A DNA stretch of 64,000 nt from sequence record OP729297.1. The stretch is one strand, 5' to 3'. Positions 43,452-52,883 of this stretch are shown here, one piece after another. The position numbers and the translations under genes are program-made. The notes below the pieces were generated by a model. That model did no database searches. It was not told the origin of the DNA and saw only the letters and a list, made by a program, of their open reading frames with translations. How positions within the stretch are numbered: position 1 is the first letter of the stretch; the number at the start of each line of letters is the position of its first letter.

Positions 43452-43478
43452 AAAAGGGTGGCTTCGGCTGCCCTTTTT
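43452..43478. terminator. intrinsic terminator
   Basis: GGGTGGCTTCGGCTGCCC followed by TTTTT. Confidence 0.85.
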
Positions 43479-43494
43479 CATTTCTGGAGCCGTT

Positions 43495-43944
43495 ATGGAA
43501 ATCATGGTCAGTTTGAGTGTGCGCTCTAGCCCACTCGAAGATACCAAAGTGAGTTTAGAAAACTCGCGTGACGATCTCAAAGGTGCGCAACGCAGAAGTA
43601 ATGCGGCGCGTAAAGAACTGAACGACAAACAATCCGAGGGAGATACACGAGGTGTTGAGGTCGCACGTAAGAAAGTGCAGGACACTCAACGTTCGGTAAA
43701 GACCCAGCAGGATATCGTTCGCACCAACCAACAACGTGTGAGCCGTGCTGCTGTCGTTGATCGTTTGGTGAAAGAATGGAACCGTCTTGAGAAACTGAAA
43801 GGCACCGACCAAGATACTGACGCGACGAAGAAACAACGCGCAGCATTGTCTGGTCAGATCGCCGAAGCGCGTAAAGCGTTACAGCGTATCAAGCGTCCTA
43901 AATCCACAAGGCCTAAGAAGCCTAAGAAGCCACGGAGGTACTGA
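43495..43944 (+). CDS. basic coiled-coil protein with MEIMVSLS tag
   Basis: Start after SD GGAG; Arg/Lys-rich. Confidence 0.85.
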   Translation: MEIMVSLSVRSSPLEDTKVSLENSRDDLKGAQRRSNAARKELNDKQSEGDTRGVEVARKKVQDTQRSVKTQQDIVRTNQQRVSRAAVVDRLVKEWNRLEKLKGTDQDTDATKKQRAALSGQIAEARKALQRIKRPKSTRPKKPKKPRRY

Positions 43945-44228
43945 TGGAACTCACCGTAGATCTTTCTAAGCCTGTGTGCAACGTACCAACTCCAGAACAG
44001 GACTACGCCGAACTTTGTAAGATTGACGCGAAGATTCGTGGCCTGATGATGGACCAACGTGAAGCAATGCCTGCTGTTATTCATCTGATAGATGATGAAC
44101 TGGTATGGCCTAAGCGCTTGCACAGACAGCTACGTCGGCGTATTGGTCTTGAAAATGTTGATGGTCCGTTCTATGGAGACCACTACCTGGATAATGGTGT
44201 GCGCAAAGTGTTCGCAGGGGCTGCCTAA
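43944..44228 (+). CDS. hypothetical protein
   Basis: 94 aa, TGATG-coupled. Confidence 0.75.
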   Translation: MELTVDLSKPVCNVPTPEQDYAELCKIDAKIRGLMMDQREAMPAVIHLIDDELVWPKRLHRQLRRRIGLENVDGPFYGDHYLDNGVRKVFAGAA

Positions 44229-44262
44229 CGGTGGCCCTTCTTTTTGTCTATACCGATCAAAA

Positions 44263-44271
44263 CTGTAAATA
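44263..44271 (+). promoter_or_regulatory. class B motif CTGTAAATA
   Basis: After a terminator-like hairpin (44216-44245), heads the sbcC operon. Confidence 0.65.
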
Positions 44272-44307
44272 ACGAGTATCATTAACACCAATACTTGGGC
44301 TTTAACC

Positions 44308-44520
44308 ATGAACCAGACTATCAATATCCGTGGCTCGAATAGCCGCTGGAACGTAATGCGTCACGATACCGATATCAATCCAGTAACAGGCAAAGAGGAG
44401 AAGACACCGCAGTGCATCTTCTCGTCTGCTACTCCTGTACCAGAAGAAAAACTGAATGAGCTGCGCCAGGTGTATCGTGCTGCTGACCTTTGGGTTGAGC
44501 GTCAGGGAGTATTCCACTAA
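44308..44520 (+). CDS. small hypothetical protein
   Basis: 70 aa, TAATG-coupled to next gene. Confidence 0.7.
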   Translation: MNQTINIRGSNSRWNVMRHDTDINPVTGKEEKTPQCIFSSATPVPEEKLNELRQVYRAADLWVERQGVFH

Positions 44521-44720
44521 TGACTGCTATCCAGCGCAAACCGATCGCTATGCCACTGTGGCGTGTTTTAAAACCAATCGCAAGCGATACCCGCGACGAA
44601 TCATATGCGTATGATGTGATCGCAGAATCTGCCGAGCCGTACACCGCTGATGAAATCGAAGTATTCGAACAGATTCACGGTACAGGTCTTATCCAGGAAG
44701 AAACAATCGAGTACGTCTAA
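44520..44720 (+). CDS. small hypothetical protein
   Basis: 66 aa, TAATG-coupled on both sides. Confidence 0.7.
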   Translation: MTAIQRKPIAMPLWRVLKPIASDTRDESYAYDVIAESAEPYTADEIEVFEQIHGTGLIQEETIEYV

Positions 44721-47056
44721 TGGGCAAAGCGAAGCAGAAGCAAAAACAGAACCACGGCATCGGCCTGAAAGAAATTCATCTGCGCGATGTTGGCGTGTAC
44801 AAAGAGCTTGATATCGACACACTGGACAGTGAAGGCTTCGCAACCATTTGTGGTAAGAACCTCGACAGTCCGAACGTTAAAGACAACACGAACGGTGTAG
44901 GCAAAAGCCTGTTGTTCGGTGCAATCCCTACGCTGCTGTATGAAGCTGATCCTCTTGCGATGAAGAAGAAAGACAAGGGGAACATGCTCGGCAAAGACAG
45001 TTCGATTGAGCTGGCGTGGGAATCACCTCTCGGTGGTGAAGTCCGTATCGTTCAAACCAAATCGAAGTATCAGGTGTTCTACAATGGTGAGAACCAGAAA
45101 GTAGATCGTCAGGATGTTGCTCGCTCTTGGGTGACGAAGCACTGGCCATTAACGCGTGACGAGTTCTATAGCTACGCATATATCCAGTCACAGATTCAGC
45201 ATCCATTCCAACGCGCTACTCCTGCTGAACGCCTGTCTTACCTGACCTCGTTGTTTAACCTGGATGTGTTCGATAACATTCGCATGGCGTTGAAGAAGAA
45301 ACTGGACTTGGCGAAAGACGCTGAGACAGAATCTAAAGGTCTGGCTGATATGCTGGACGTTACTCAACGTAAGCAGAACGCGTTGTCGATTCACGCCGAA
45401 GAAAAGAATACGCTCGCCTCAATCATCAAGCACTCTGATAAAATGAAGGCCAGACGTAACGATCTGTCGGAGCAGTTGATTGAACTTGGTACTCAGCGCT
45501 CGAACGCGCGGAAATACGAAAAGCTCAAGCATCAACTCGACACGTTAGGCATCGAATGCTCTGACCTGAAAGGCGAATTGAATGCGCTGCGTGGTGAACT
45601 GATCGAGCACGACCGCTACGACGATTACGTTGAAGCACTGGAGGAGTACCAACAGGAACTCGCTGACGTTAAAAAGAAAATGAAGGCGCTCGGTGATGTT
45701 GCTGACCTCGACAACAAAAAGCTGCGCAAAGAACATGGACGCTTAGTCAAAGAGGAAGAGAGCCTCGAAGCGTTGCTGGAGAAAGTCGATGAACAACAAG
45801 AAGAATACGACGAGTGGCGAGAAGCCGTGGACAAGCTCAGTAAAAAGCTGTCTAAGCTCAAGGCTCCTAAGCGAACTCAGGAAGAGGCACAAGATTCCCG
45901 AGCAGAAGCCAAAGCGATAGTTCAGGCGTATCGTGCTTTCGAAGAACACGACCACGACGGTAACTCTTGTCCTACCTGCGGTCAGGATGTTGACCTGAAA
46001 GCTATGGCGCGCGCTGCAACAAAAGCTCAGGCAATCATTGACGAGTGCATCGAGGCTTTGGATTATCACAAGCTCAACGATCAACTCACCGAATTGAAAG
46101 CTGAGAAGGTGAAGAAGCCTAAGCACAAGCGCAAGGACCTTGAGAAGAAACTCAAGGCAATCAGCACAGCACTGGACGCTATCGAAGAACAATTCGAAGC
46201 GGCTAAGAAGTACGAGAAGCTGGTGGCCAAGCGTGATGCGCTCAAGAAACCTAAAGCAGTGAAGCAGCCTAAGAAAGCTCGTAAGACGATCAAGAACCGA
46301 ATCAAGGACCTTGAGATTCTGAAAGACCTTCGTGCTGCACTCAAAGCTGTTGGTGAACCAGAAGACCCGTTCTATATACTTGATGGTCGATATAAAAAGA
46401 TTAGCGCCGAAGTTGAAAAGCTGATCACCGATATCGAGAAGAAGGAGCGTAAAGCGCAGAACATCCAGATGCGTATTCAGGAGCATGAGCACTACGAAGA
46501 AACGTTGCGTGAACTCCGTAGTAAACTCGCAGACCTGCAACCGCTGATTGATAAGCGCAAAGTATTCGAAGTCCTGTACAAGGCTTACAGCAACAATGCT
46601 CTCAAGCTGAAAGCGGTTGAAGGCCGTATCAAACAGATTGAGAAGAAGCTGAACGAATACAGCGGTCTGGTGTTCCCTGAGCCGATGCACTTCGATTTGT
46701 TCACTACCAAGCAGGGTGTTGGTGCAACCGTTACGCGTGTGTCTTCTAAAAAGACAACCGATATTGCAATCATGAGTGGTGCAGAGACAAACTGCTTCCG
46801 CCTGTTGTTTGCTGTAGCGATCATGCCATTCATCCCTGCTAACCGTCGCACGAACTTTATCATTCTCGACGAGCCTGATAATAGTTGCAGCCCTGCGGTC
46901 AGTGAGCACATCATCAACAACTTCCTGCCGATACTCAAACAGATTATCCCGAACATTTACTGGATAACTCCGAATGATGTTGAGCACTTCTCTCATAATC
47001 AGTGGACGGTAACCAAGAAGCAAGGTACGTCTGCACTTACACGTAAGGTAATGTGA
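44720..47056 (+). CDS. sbcC: SbcC/Rad50 (T4 gp46-like) SMC ATPase
   Basis: Walker A G..NGVGKS, Q-loop YIQSQ, Zn hook CPTCGQ, signature MSGAE, Walker B IILDEPD. Confidence 0.92.
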   Translation: MGKAKQKQKQNHGIGLKEIHLRDVGVYKELDIDTLDSEGFATICGKNLDSPNVKDNTNGVGKSLLFGAIPTLLYEADPLAMKKKDKGNMLGKDSSIELAWESPLGGEVRIVQTKSKYQVFYNGENQKVDRQDVARSWVTKHWPLTRDEFYSYAYIQSQIQHPFQRATPAERLSYLTSLFNLDVFDNIRMALKKKLDLAKDAETESKGLADMLDVTQRKQNALSIHAEEKNTLASIIKHSDKMKARRNDLSEQLIELGTQRSNARKYEKLKHQLDTLGIECSDLKGELNALRGELIEHDRYDDYVEALEEYQQELADVKKKMKALGDVADLDNKKLRKEHGRLVKEEESLEALLEKVDEQQEEYDEWREAVDKLSKKLSKLKAPKRTQEEAQDSRAEAKAIVQAYRAFEEHDHDGNSCPTCGQDVDLKAMARAATKAQAIIDECIEALDYHKLNDQLTELKAEKVKKPKHKRKDLEKKLKAISTALDAIEEQFEAAKKYEKLVAKRDALKKPKAVKQPKKARKTIKNRIKDLEILKDLRAALKAVGEPEDPFYILDGRYKKISAEVEKLITDIEKKERKAQNIQMRIQEHEHYEETLRELRSKLADLQPLIDKRKVFEVLYKAYSNNALKLKAVEGRIKQIEKKLNEYSGLVFPEPMHFDLFTTKQGVGATVTRVSSKKTTDIAIMSGAETNCFRLLFAVAIMPFIPANRRTNFIILDEPDNSCSPAVSEHIINNFLPILKQIIPNIYWITPNDVEHFSHNQWTVTKKQGTSALTRKVM

Positions 47057-47376
47057 TGATCTTCGGTCAACTCAATCGCGATCATGAAAAAGGTAGTGTG
47101 CCTATCGACCCTGCGTACATTAATCGCAATCCTCATATCTTTGCTAGGTATGAGGTTGTGTCCAGCATTAACTGCGTAGACGAGCAAGAGGAGTTTTACT
47201 ACAAGACTCCTCTGCATAAAATGTTCGGCCTCTATCCTCAGGTTCGTAAGGTGATGCGTCCTTCGCTGCGTGTGTATATGAAAGACCACCAGCTTATCTG
47301 TCATCCTACTTTGGCCAAGAACATCGAACGTACTTTGCGTGAGTACACGGCACAAGCATTAGACACAGTGGAGTAA
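47056..47376 (+). CDS. hypothetical protein
   Basis: 106 aa, coupled. Confidence 0.75.
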   Translation: MIFGQLNRDHEKGSVPIDPAYINRNPHIFARYEVVSSINCVDEQEEFYYKTPLHKMFGLYPQVRKVMRPSLRVYMKDHQLICHPTLAKNIERTLREYTAQALDTVE

Positions 47377-47378
47377 CG

Positions 47379-48092
47379 ATGCCTGTAATTGCGGTAACAC
47401 GCCAGAGCCCAGAGCAAGTGCTGGGCTGGCTGCGAAAGAAAGGTCAGGCAGAACGTGTGACCTTTGTTCCACTTGGTGGCGTCTTAGACCCTGCCAAGAA
47501 ATATCGTAAGTACCTGTTCGTTATCGGCGAGAAAGAGTATAGCCGTAACGCGGTTGCTATTCGTGATATGCCTGACCACATTGTGTTTGTGTTCGGTCAT
47601 CCAGAAACGTTACGTCGATACGGCCTTGACGTCGATCTCAAACTCGACGAGATGCAGCCGCAGAAAGGCAAACTCAGTCCTGTCGGTAAGTACCTTGACG
47701 ATTTGAAGAAACGCGCAATCGACGGCAGCCTGTTCTATCGACTGATGACCTACATCTATACGTTGCCTTCGAAGACTCACCAGAAGCCTTTGACTGCAAC
47801 CATCTGTCGTTGGATTTATCACGGTGGTCGTAAGAACATCGAGCGTGAGATCGACGCGCTGCCAATCAAACTGACTGCTATGCAGAAACACACGCTGATG
47901 AAGATTCTGGCTAAGCCTGTTGCTGAACGTCTGTGTCAGGCTTTCCTCGATCTGAATAGCGGTGCATGTGAGACAGTTGGTGAAGCAGTTGTCAAACATA
48001 ACGTGCAGGTGTTTGAGATTGGTTACATTCGCGGTAACGTGGAGAAGACCTCAAACATCACCGATACCTACCTCGCTAATCAGGGTGTGTGA
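47379..48092 (+). CDS. hypothetical protein
   Basis: 237 aa ORF. Confidence 0.8.
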   Translation: MPVIAVTRQSPEQVLGWLRKKGQAERVTFVPLGGVLDPAKKYRKYLFVIGEKEYSRNAVAIRDMPDHIVFVFGHPETLRRYGLDVDLKLDEMQPQKGKLSPVGKYLDDLKKRAIDGSLFYRLMTYIYTLPSKTHQKPLTATICRWIYHGGRKNIEREIDALPIKLTAMQKHTLMKILAKPVAERLCQAFLDLNSGACETVGEAVVKHNVQVFEIGYIRGNVEKTSNITDTYLANQGV

Positions 48093-48093
48093 T

Positions 48094-48411
48094 ATGGCAA
48101 TCCCTCATGATGTAAGTAAAAGCGGTACGCTGTTGGTGCAAGTTCGAGATGACGTACCCAGCATCGCTAACGTAAATATCCCAGGCCTGTCTGCTGCGGT
48201 GTTTGGCTCTGCTGGTGATTATGAACTAACACCAAGCCACATCCGAGAACTCTCAGTTGTTAAAGACAGCATGAGTGCTTACTCGGATGAAGATCTGGAG
48301 TCTATGGCTCGCATAGGGCGCAAGGCACAACTCGCACTTGATATGCGTCGCAAGAAACCAATAAGCACGGAAGAGGTGGAAGAAGCATGTCAGCCGACTA
48401 TCAGGCGTTAA
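48094..48411 (+). CDS. hypothetical protein
   Basis: Start moved to MAIPHDV, 1 nt after the upstream stop. Confidence 0.7.
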   Translation: MAIPHDVSKSGTLLVQVRDDVPSIANVNIPGLSAAVFGSAGDYELTPSHIRELSVVKDSMSAYSDEDLESMARIGRKAQLALDMRRKKPISTEEVEEACQPTIRR

Positions 48412-48728
48412 TGTTGGTGTCAATACTCGCGGCGTTCGTTATGCGTCCTGTTGTGTTAGGCATTAACATGGCTGAGATGAAACGCACTGTGTACATCATG
48501 GCCGTTGCACTATTCCTGATAGTGTTCTGCAACGAAGCTATGGAGATGACTAAGTGGCATGTGTTCACCTACGTCATGTCCTTCATGATAATCGCGGCCA
48601 TGTATGATGGTGCGTATGCTGGTGGCCTGAAACACTATGTCAAAGGTTATGTATTGCAGTTCGGTTATCTGGCACACATCGGCATTATCTCAGGCTTAAT
48701 CGCTTGGGCAACACGTTGGACATTCTAA
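48387..48728 (+). CDS. membrane protein (3-4 TM helices)
   Basis: 113 aa, mostly hydrophobic. Confidence 0.75.
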   Translation: MSADYQALMLVSILAAFVMRPVVLGINMAEMKRTVYIMAVALFLIVFCNEAMEMTKWHVFTYVMSFMIIAAMYDGAYAGGLKHYVKGYVLQFGYLAHIGIISGLIAWATRWTF

Positions 48729-48746
48729 GGGGCTTCGGCCCCTTTT
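48727..48746 (+). terminator. intrinsic terminator
   Basis: AAGGGGC-TTCG-GCCCCTT followed by TT. Confidence 0.8.
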
Positions 48747-48759
48747 GTCATTTCCGCAG

Positions 48760-48767
48760 CTAATTTT
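48760..48767 (+). promoter_or_regulatory. class C motif CTAATTTT
   Basis: Upstream of paralog A. Confidence 0.6.
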
Positions 48768-48814
48768 AGACTAAGGCGTAGCACATTATCCTTAATCTAC
48801 CTGAGGTGGAAACC

Positions 48815-49660
48815 ATGCAGTACATATCATCTTTTTTCGGGTTGGGTGGTCCATCACCCACGAACCCGAACGTATTCCTATACGACAGCCGAGAAGACTC
48901 TGACTTCTCCACGCTGACGGATATGACCAAGGCAAACGTCCTTGCTCGAAAAGCCCGTGCTGTTTTAGGCTTCAATGGATATCTCAATCCAATCAGAGGG
49001 CGTAAGTCCAATAAATATCACTTCACCTGCTTGAAGTACCAGCAGCCAAGTTCAATCGCGCTTGATAACTCCTACGACATTGTTCAACAGGACCCTTCAA
49101 AAGGTCTTAGTGGTAACTGTAGTATTGCGGCCTCGCAGTCCTATTCGTTTCTGAACACATCAGGCAACACGACAGTATTTCTGACCACAGGGATGATTGC
49201 TGGTCAGCCTATACAGATGCCTCCGATGAATCTGCATGATGGTAACTGTCCGTACGGTCAATTTGCCACAGGATTCATTGTCAGTCGATATGTCAGAGAC
49301 ACAGGCGTAACTGCAACTGGTACATGTAGCGCTGGTGGTGCAACGGGTGTTTGTACGTATACAACTGTCACGGCGAACGAAACTCCTGCATACGCGTGTA
49401 CGATGATGGGACTGCCTACATCTTTCTATGCTACTGGTGCTAACGGTACACCAGGTGTTTCTGCGGGTGCGTCATATACAGGCGTCTTCGCTCAGAATCA
49501 GACAGGTGAAGATGAAGCGCCTATCCTGAATAAAGCATTCTTCTATAGCTCTGTCCTACGTGCATTCTGCAAGCTCGATACGAATGACTTTGATGCTGTC
49601 ACGTCAGATCCCGGCACTCGTCCTAAGATGCGGTTCAAACAATCGAACTTAGCCATCTAA
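48815..49660 (+). CDS. putative virion protein, paralog family member A
   Basis: MQYISSF..LNPIRG..KYHFT..PGTRPK. Confidence 0.8.
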   Translation: MQYISSFFGLGGPSPTNPNVFLYDSREDSDFSTLTDMTKANVLARKARAVLGFNGYLNPIRGRKSNKYHFTCLKYQQPSSIALDNSYDIVQQDPSKGLSGNCSIAASQSYSFLNTSGNTTVFLTTGMIAGQPIQMPPMNLHDGNCPYGQFATGFIVSRYVRDTGVTATGTCSAGGATGVCTYTTVTANETPAYACTMMGLPTSFYATGANGTPGVSAGASYTGVFAQNQTGEDEAPILNKAFFYSSVLRAFCKLDTNDFDAVTSDPGTRPKMRFKQSNLAI

Positions 49661-49696
49661 CGATAATTTTAACCTGTCTAAAAGAGGGCTATATCT

Positions 49697-50269
49697 ATGG
49701 ACGCTATGACGTTTCGAAAGAAAGCAATCGCGGAAGTTATTGATCGTGAAGGTGGCGAGAAATACACTAACCGCTCTGCTGACCGTGGCGGTCCTACACG
49801 TTGGGGTGTCACGGAAAAGAATGCTCGCGCTTATGGTTACAAAGGCGCTATGCAAGACCTGCCATATGAGATTGCGTATGCGATCTACAGTGCTAACTTC
49901 TGGGACTTCTGCAAATGCGATCAGCTTGCGAAGTACAGTCAGGAACTGGCGCTGTGGGTATTTGACTACGCAGTTAACTCAGGACCACCAGCCGCAATTG
50001 CGGAGTTACAGGACCAGTTGAATATTCTGAACAGCAGAGGCAAGCTCTATCCAGACTTTGCACCTGCTGCGAATATTGGTCCTAAGACTATCGCTGCGCT
50101 GGACGCGTATTGCAAAGTGCGCGATATCAAAGTATTGGCTTATGCCTACAACGGCTGCCGTATTGCGAAGTTGAAAAACATCGCTAAGGCAGATGAAACC
50201 CAGGAAGATAACATTTATGGTTGGTACCAGCGTGTTATCACAATCACTAAACAAGTTGGAGTAAACTAA
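49697..50269 (+). CDS. endolysin, glycoside hydrolase family 108 plus PG-binding domain
   Basis: REGGEKYTNRSADRGGPTRWGVT; FDYAVNSG; DGxIGPxT-like ANIGPKT; YGWYQR. Confidence 0.9.
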   Translation: MDAMTFRKKAIAEVIDREGGEKYTNRSADRGGPTRWGVTEKNARAYGYKGAMQDLPYEIAYAIYSANFWDFCKCDQLAKYSQELALWVFDYAVNSGPPAAIAELQDQLNILNSRGKLYPDFAPAANIGPKTIAALDAYCKVRDIKVLAYAYNGCRIAKLKNIAKADETQEDNIYGWYQRVITITKQVGVN

Positions 50270-50271
50270 CC

Positions 50272-50607
50272 ATGTCCCTGATTAAACTGAATCTGAAAGA
50301 AGCTGTTAAGTCCGAATCTGCTGCCGCTGCTCTGTCTGCGTTCTTCAAAGGCCTGGACAAGAAAGCGCTGTTCGAGATTATCGACGACGGTATGCCGTCT
50401 GACCTGTCTGGTCCTAACGATATCCTCGACCTGCGTTTCATCAGCGCTACTGGTGACACTGCTCGTTTCGGCATCATCACCAAAGACGAAGATGAAGGCT
50501 TCAACGTATCTGGTATCGACATTCGCTTCGAAGGCGAGTTCGACGATGAAGGTGACATTCAGCCAACTCTGGCCGCTGCTAAAAAGGCGCTGGCCCGCCT
50601 GCGTTAA
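50272..50607 (+). CDS. acidic protein with MSLIK..SESA N-terminus
   Basis: 111 aa, SD GGAG. Confidence 0.8.
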   Translation: MSLIKLNLKEAVKSESAAAALSAFFKGLDKKALFEIIDDGMPSDLSGPNDILDLRFISATGDTARFGIITKDEDEGFNVSGIDIRFEGEFDDEGDIQPTLAAAKKALARLR

Positions 50608-51206
50608 TGGAAATCTACGTCTCCCTGTCACAGGCGACGCAAATCACAGCCCAGGCACTGCAAAGTGTCGTGGGCTTTCGCGTATTAGATCACAAACTTT
50701 TACGCGAAGAAGATGGTTTCGCCTTCTACGCGTTTGTCACTTTCATGCGCGATGATTCTGGTGATTATGAACTCAAGATCGCCAAGCTAATTCGCAAAGG
50801 CTTGACAACGCATAGCTTCAAGTTGACTAACATCACGACAGTCAGTGAGGGTTATCAGACGATCTATGAAGCAGCCAACGCTATGGAGCGTTTGAACAAG
50901 AACGGCAAATTCATGTCGCTCTCGTCGCCACCTCCTATTCAGAGCGTTGTGTTCCAGCTCGCTGACTTCCGCATTCCAATCACGCCAGATCTTCAAATCA
51001 AGATCGACGCATGGTGCAATGCGCAGGTTATCTGCCCACTGCGTTACGCTGTATTGAATCCAAGAACAGAAGCGATTGAGGTTGCATTCAAAGATGCCTC
51101 AGCACACAACTCGGATATCATTCAGCGTATGCTGCGTGACTCTTTGTACCAGGCGCTGGGTGATTACTCGGCAGGTAAGAACTTCGATGTGCCTGGGCGA
51201 CCCTAG
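50607..51206 (+). CDS. protein with MEIYVSLS tag and an internal SLS
   Basis: 199 aa, TAATG-coupled. Confidence 0.85.
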   Translation: MEIYVSLSQATQITAQALQSVVGFRVLDHKLLREEDGFAFYAFVTFMRDDSGDYELKIAKLIRKGLTTHSFKLTNITTVSEGYQTIYEAANAMERLNKNGKFMSLSSPPPIQSVVFQLADFRIPITPDLQIKIDAWCNAQVICPLRYAVLNPRTEAIEVAFKDASAHNSDIIQRMLRDSLYQALGDYSAGKNFDVPGRP

Positions 51207-51221
51207 GCATAAGGAAACAAA

Positions 51222-52154
51222 ATGGCACTTATCAAAATCAATATTGCGGATTCTCTGCTGTCTGAGTCGGCAGCTAAGAAGCCAGGCTACAAAATGGCTA
51301 AAGTCGGTGGCGCGTCTGCTCTTGTTATTAGCAGCGAACATAAACCTGCTGTATCGAAGTGCATCTCCAATGCGCGTAAAGCTCAGAAGCTGGCACTGTC
51401 CGCGTTAAAGAACCGTATTGAAGCAAACACTATTGCGGCTGTGCGTGTTCCGCGTGAAGAAAACCCTGCGCGTAAAGCTAAACTGCGCCAGCGTGTCAAG
51501 GCCATGAAAACTAAAGCCTCTGCTGACGTGAAGACAGCCAAACAGCTACTGCGTGAAGGTACCGCCGCTATGAAAGCTGCTGGCCTGAGTGCATTGTCTT
51601 CTCCTCTGAAAGCAAGCGACATTTCATTGACTAGCGAGCCTGGCCGCTCTGCACGTACCGTTAAGGCGGCACAAACCGACTCTCTGATAGTCAAAGGGAA
51701 GAAGGGCTACAGCAAACCTAAATTCCTGGCGGCCTCGAAGTTTGAAGCTCTCGGAAGCAAGGCCCCTACGAAAGCTGCGACCAAAGCTCCGATCAAGAAA
51801 ATGAAAGGCGCTATCACTGGTGCGCATACTCCAGCTAAAGCTCGCGCTGTGAAAAAGCAACGCGCCGAGGCGCTTACTGGAAAAAAGCCTGAAGGGATTA
51901 GTGGTGCGGTGCCCGGAAAGCGTATTGACGACTACACTGATCCCAAAGTGAAATCAGCTATCACTCGCTTTGTTAAGAAGGCGGATTCCGACTTATCCCG
52001 TCTCACCAACGAAGAACTGAAATTTGCACAAAGTTCTTTACTTAACAAACGTCAATCTCGCGCCAATATGGGTCATGGGAAGAAAGCCGGTACGTTATAC
52101 AACGGTGATACTTACCAGCGCGTGATGGATGAAATAAAGCGTCGTAAAGGCTAA
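51222..52154 (+). CDS. Lys/Ala-rich protein with MALIK..SESA N-terminus, putative DNA-binding internal head protein
   Basis: 310 aa, very basic, SD AAGGA. Confidence 0.8.
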   Translation: MALIKINIADSLLSESAAKKPGYKMAKVGGASALVISSEHKPAVSKCISNARKAQKLALSALKNRIEANTIAAVRVPREENPARKAKLRQRVKAMKTKASADVKTAKQLLREGTAAMKAAGLSALSSPLKASDISLTSEPGRSARTVKAAQTDSLIVKGKKGYSKPKFLAASKFEALGSKAPTKAATKAPIKKMKGAITGAHTPAKARAVKKQRAEALTGKKPEGISGAVPGKRIDDYTDPKVKSAITRFVKKADSDLSRLTNEELKFAQSSLLNKRQSRANMGHGKKAGTLYNGDTYQRVMDEIKRRKG

Positions 52155-52663
52155 TGCAGATCTTTGTTAGTCTGAGTGCGCCCACCATCTACTATCGCGG
52201 TCTTGCAGAAGACTGGTCTGATGATCATGCGAAGAAGCAGCACATGACTTGGGTAACTCCAGATCGTGCGTATGCTGAATTGTATGCGGAGGGTGGGCGC
52301 CTCTACAAATTTCATGCGGACCCTGGTCGCTATGCTACCTTGAAGTTCCGTTCTCTGTGGACGGAAGTAAAGTTCGCTGAGATTCATAGACGAGTGAAGC
52401 AGCTTATCATGGAAGCCTTCCAGTTGCATCTGGTTGGCAAAGATGAAGCGATGACTCTCGTTAAAAGGTTAGACGCGCTGAATAACCTCATACCTGCCTC
52501 GCAGTACAAGCGAGTCTATATGTGGTGGGACGAGTATACCGAGATCAGCAAGATACTCAAACTAGCTGGGTACGACTCAATCAAAGGCAATGAAGGTGAG
52601 CACCATGATGTTCCTACCTTCGGCATCTTTGATCACACGCGTGTCAAAATGATTAAGGAGTAA
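52154..52663 (+). CDS. ADP-ribosyltransferase-fold-like protein with MQIFVSLS tag
   Basis: YRG..WVT.D..YA..YA..G.LY..GYDSI..FGIFD pattern; CDS secure, fold inferred. Confidence 0.6.
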   Translation: MQIFVSLSAPTIYYRGLAEDWSDDHAKKQHMTWVTPDRAYAELYAEGGRLYKFHADPGRYATLKFRSLWTEVKFAEIHRRVKQLIMEAFQLHLVGKDEAMTLVKRLDALNNLIPASQYKRVYMWWDEYTEISKILKLAGYDSIKGNEGEHHDVPTFGIFDHTRVKMIKE

Positions 52664-52665
52664 TC

Positions 52666-52803
52666 ATGTTCCAGTCAAAACGTCTGCAACTCGTTTCACG
52701 ACGCACGGTGCAGATGATCAACTTCGGCATGGGCAAGATTATTGAAGAAGTTTGGTTCGACCCAAAGAAGAACCGTAATGTGATCAAGACAGTTATAGTC
52801 TGA
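52666..52803 (+). CDS. 45-aa protein (absent from ORF track)
   Basis: MFQSKRLQLVSRRTVQMINFGMGKIIEEVWFDPKKNRNVIKTVIV; SD AAGGAG; terminator follows. Confidence 0.7.
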   Translation: MFQSKRLQLVSRRTVQMINFGMGKIIEEVWFDPKKNRNVIKTVIV

Positions 52804-52808
52804 CACCC

Positions 52809-52841
52809 AAAGGGCTTGCATCGAAAGGTGTAGGCCCTTTT
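52809..52841 (+). terminator. intrinsic terminator
   Basis: AAAGGGCTTGCA..TGTAGGCCCTTTT. Confidence 0.75.
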
Positions 52842-52883
52842 GTGCTATGCCGTGGTTCCACAATAAAAACCAAGGCTTATACA

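Noticed and set aside
45743-47023. 426-aa minus-strand ORF
   Set aside because: Antisense to sbcC; no SD or recognisable motifs; typical codon-bias shadow.
48387-48728. Holin call for the multi-TM protein near the endolysin
   Set aside because: Separated from the endolysin by a terminator and another gene; it lies in the class B (sbcC) operon; no holin-specific features.
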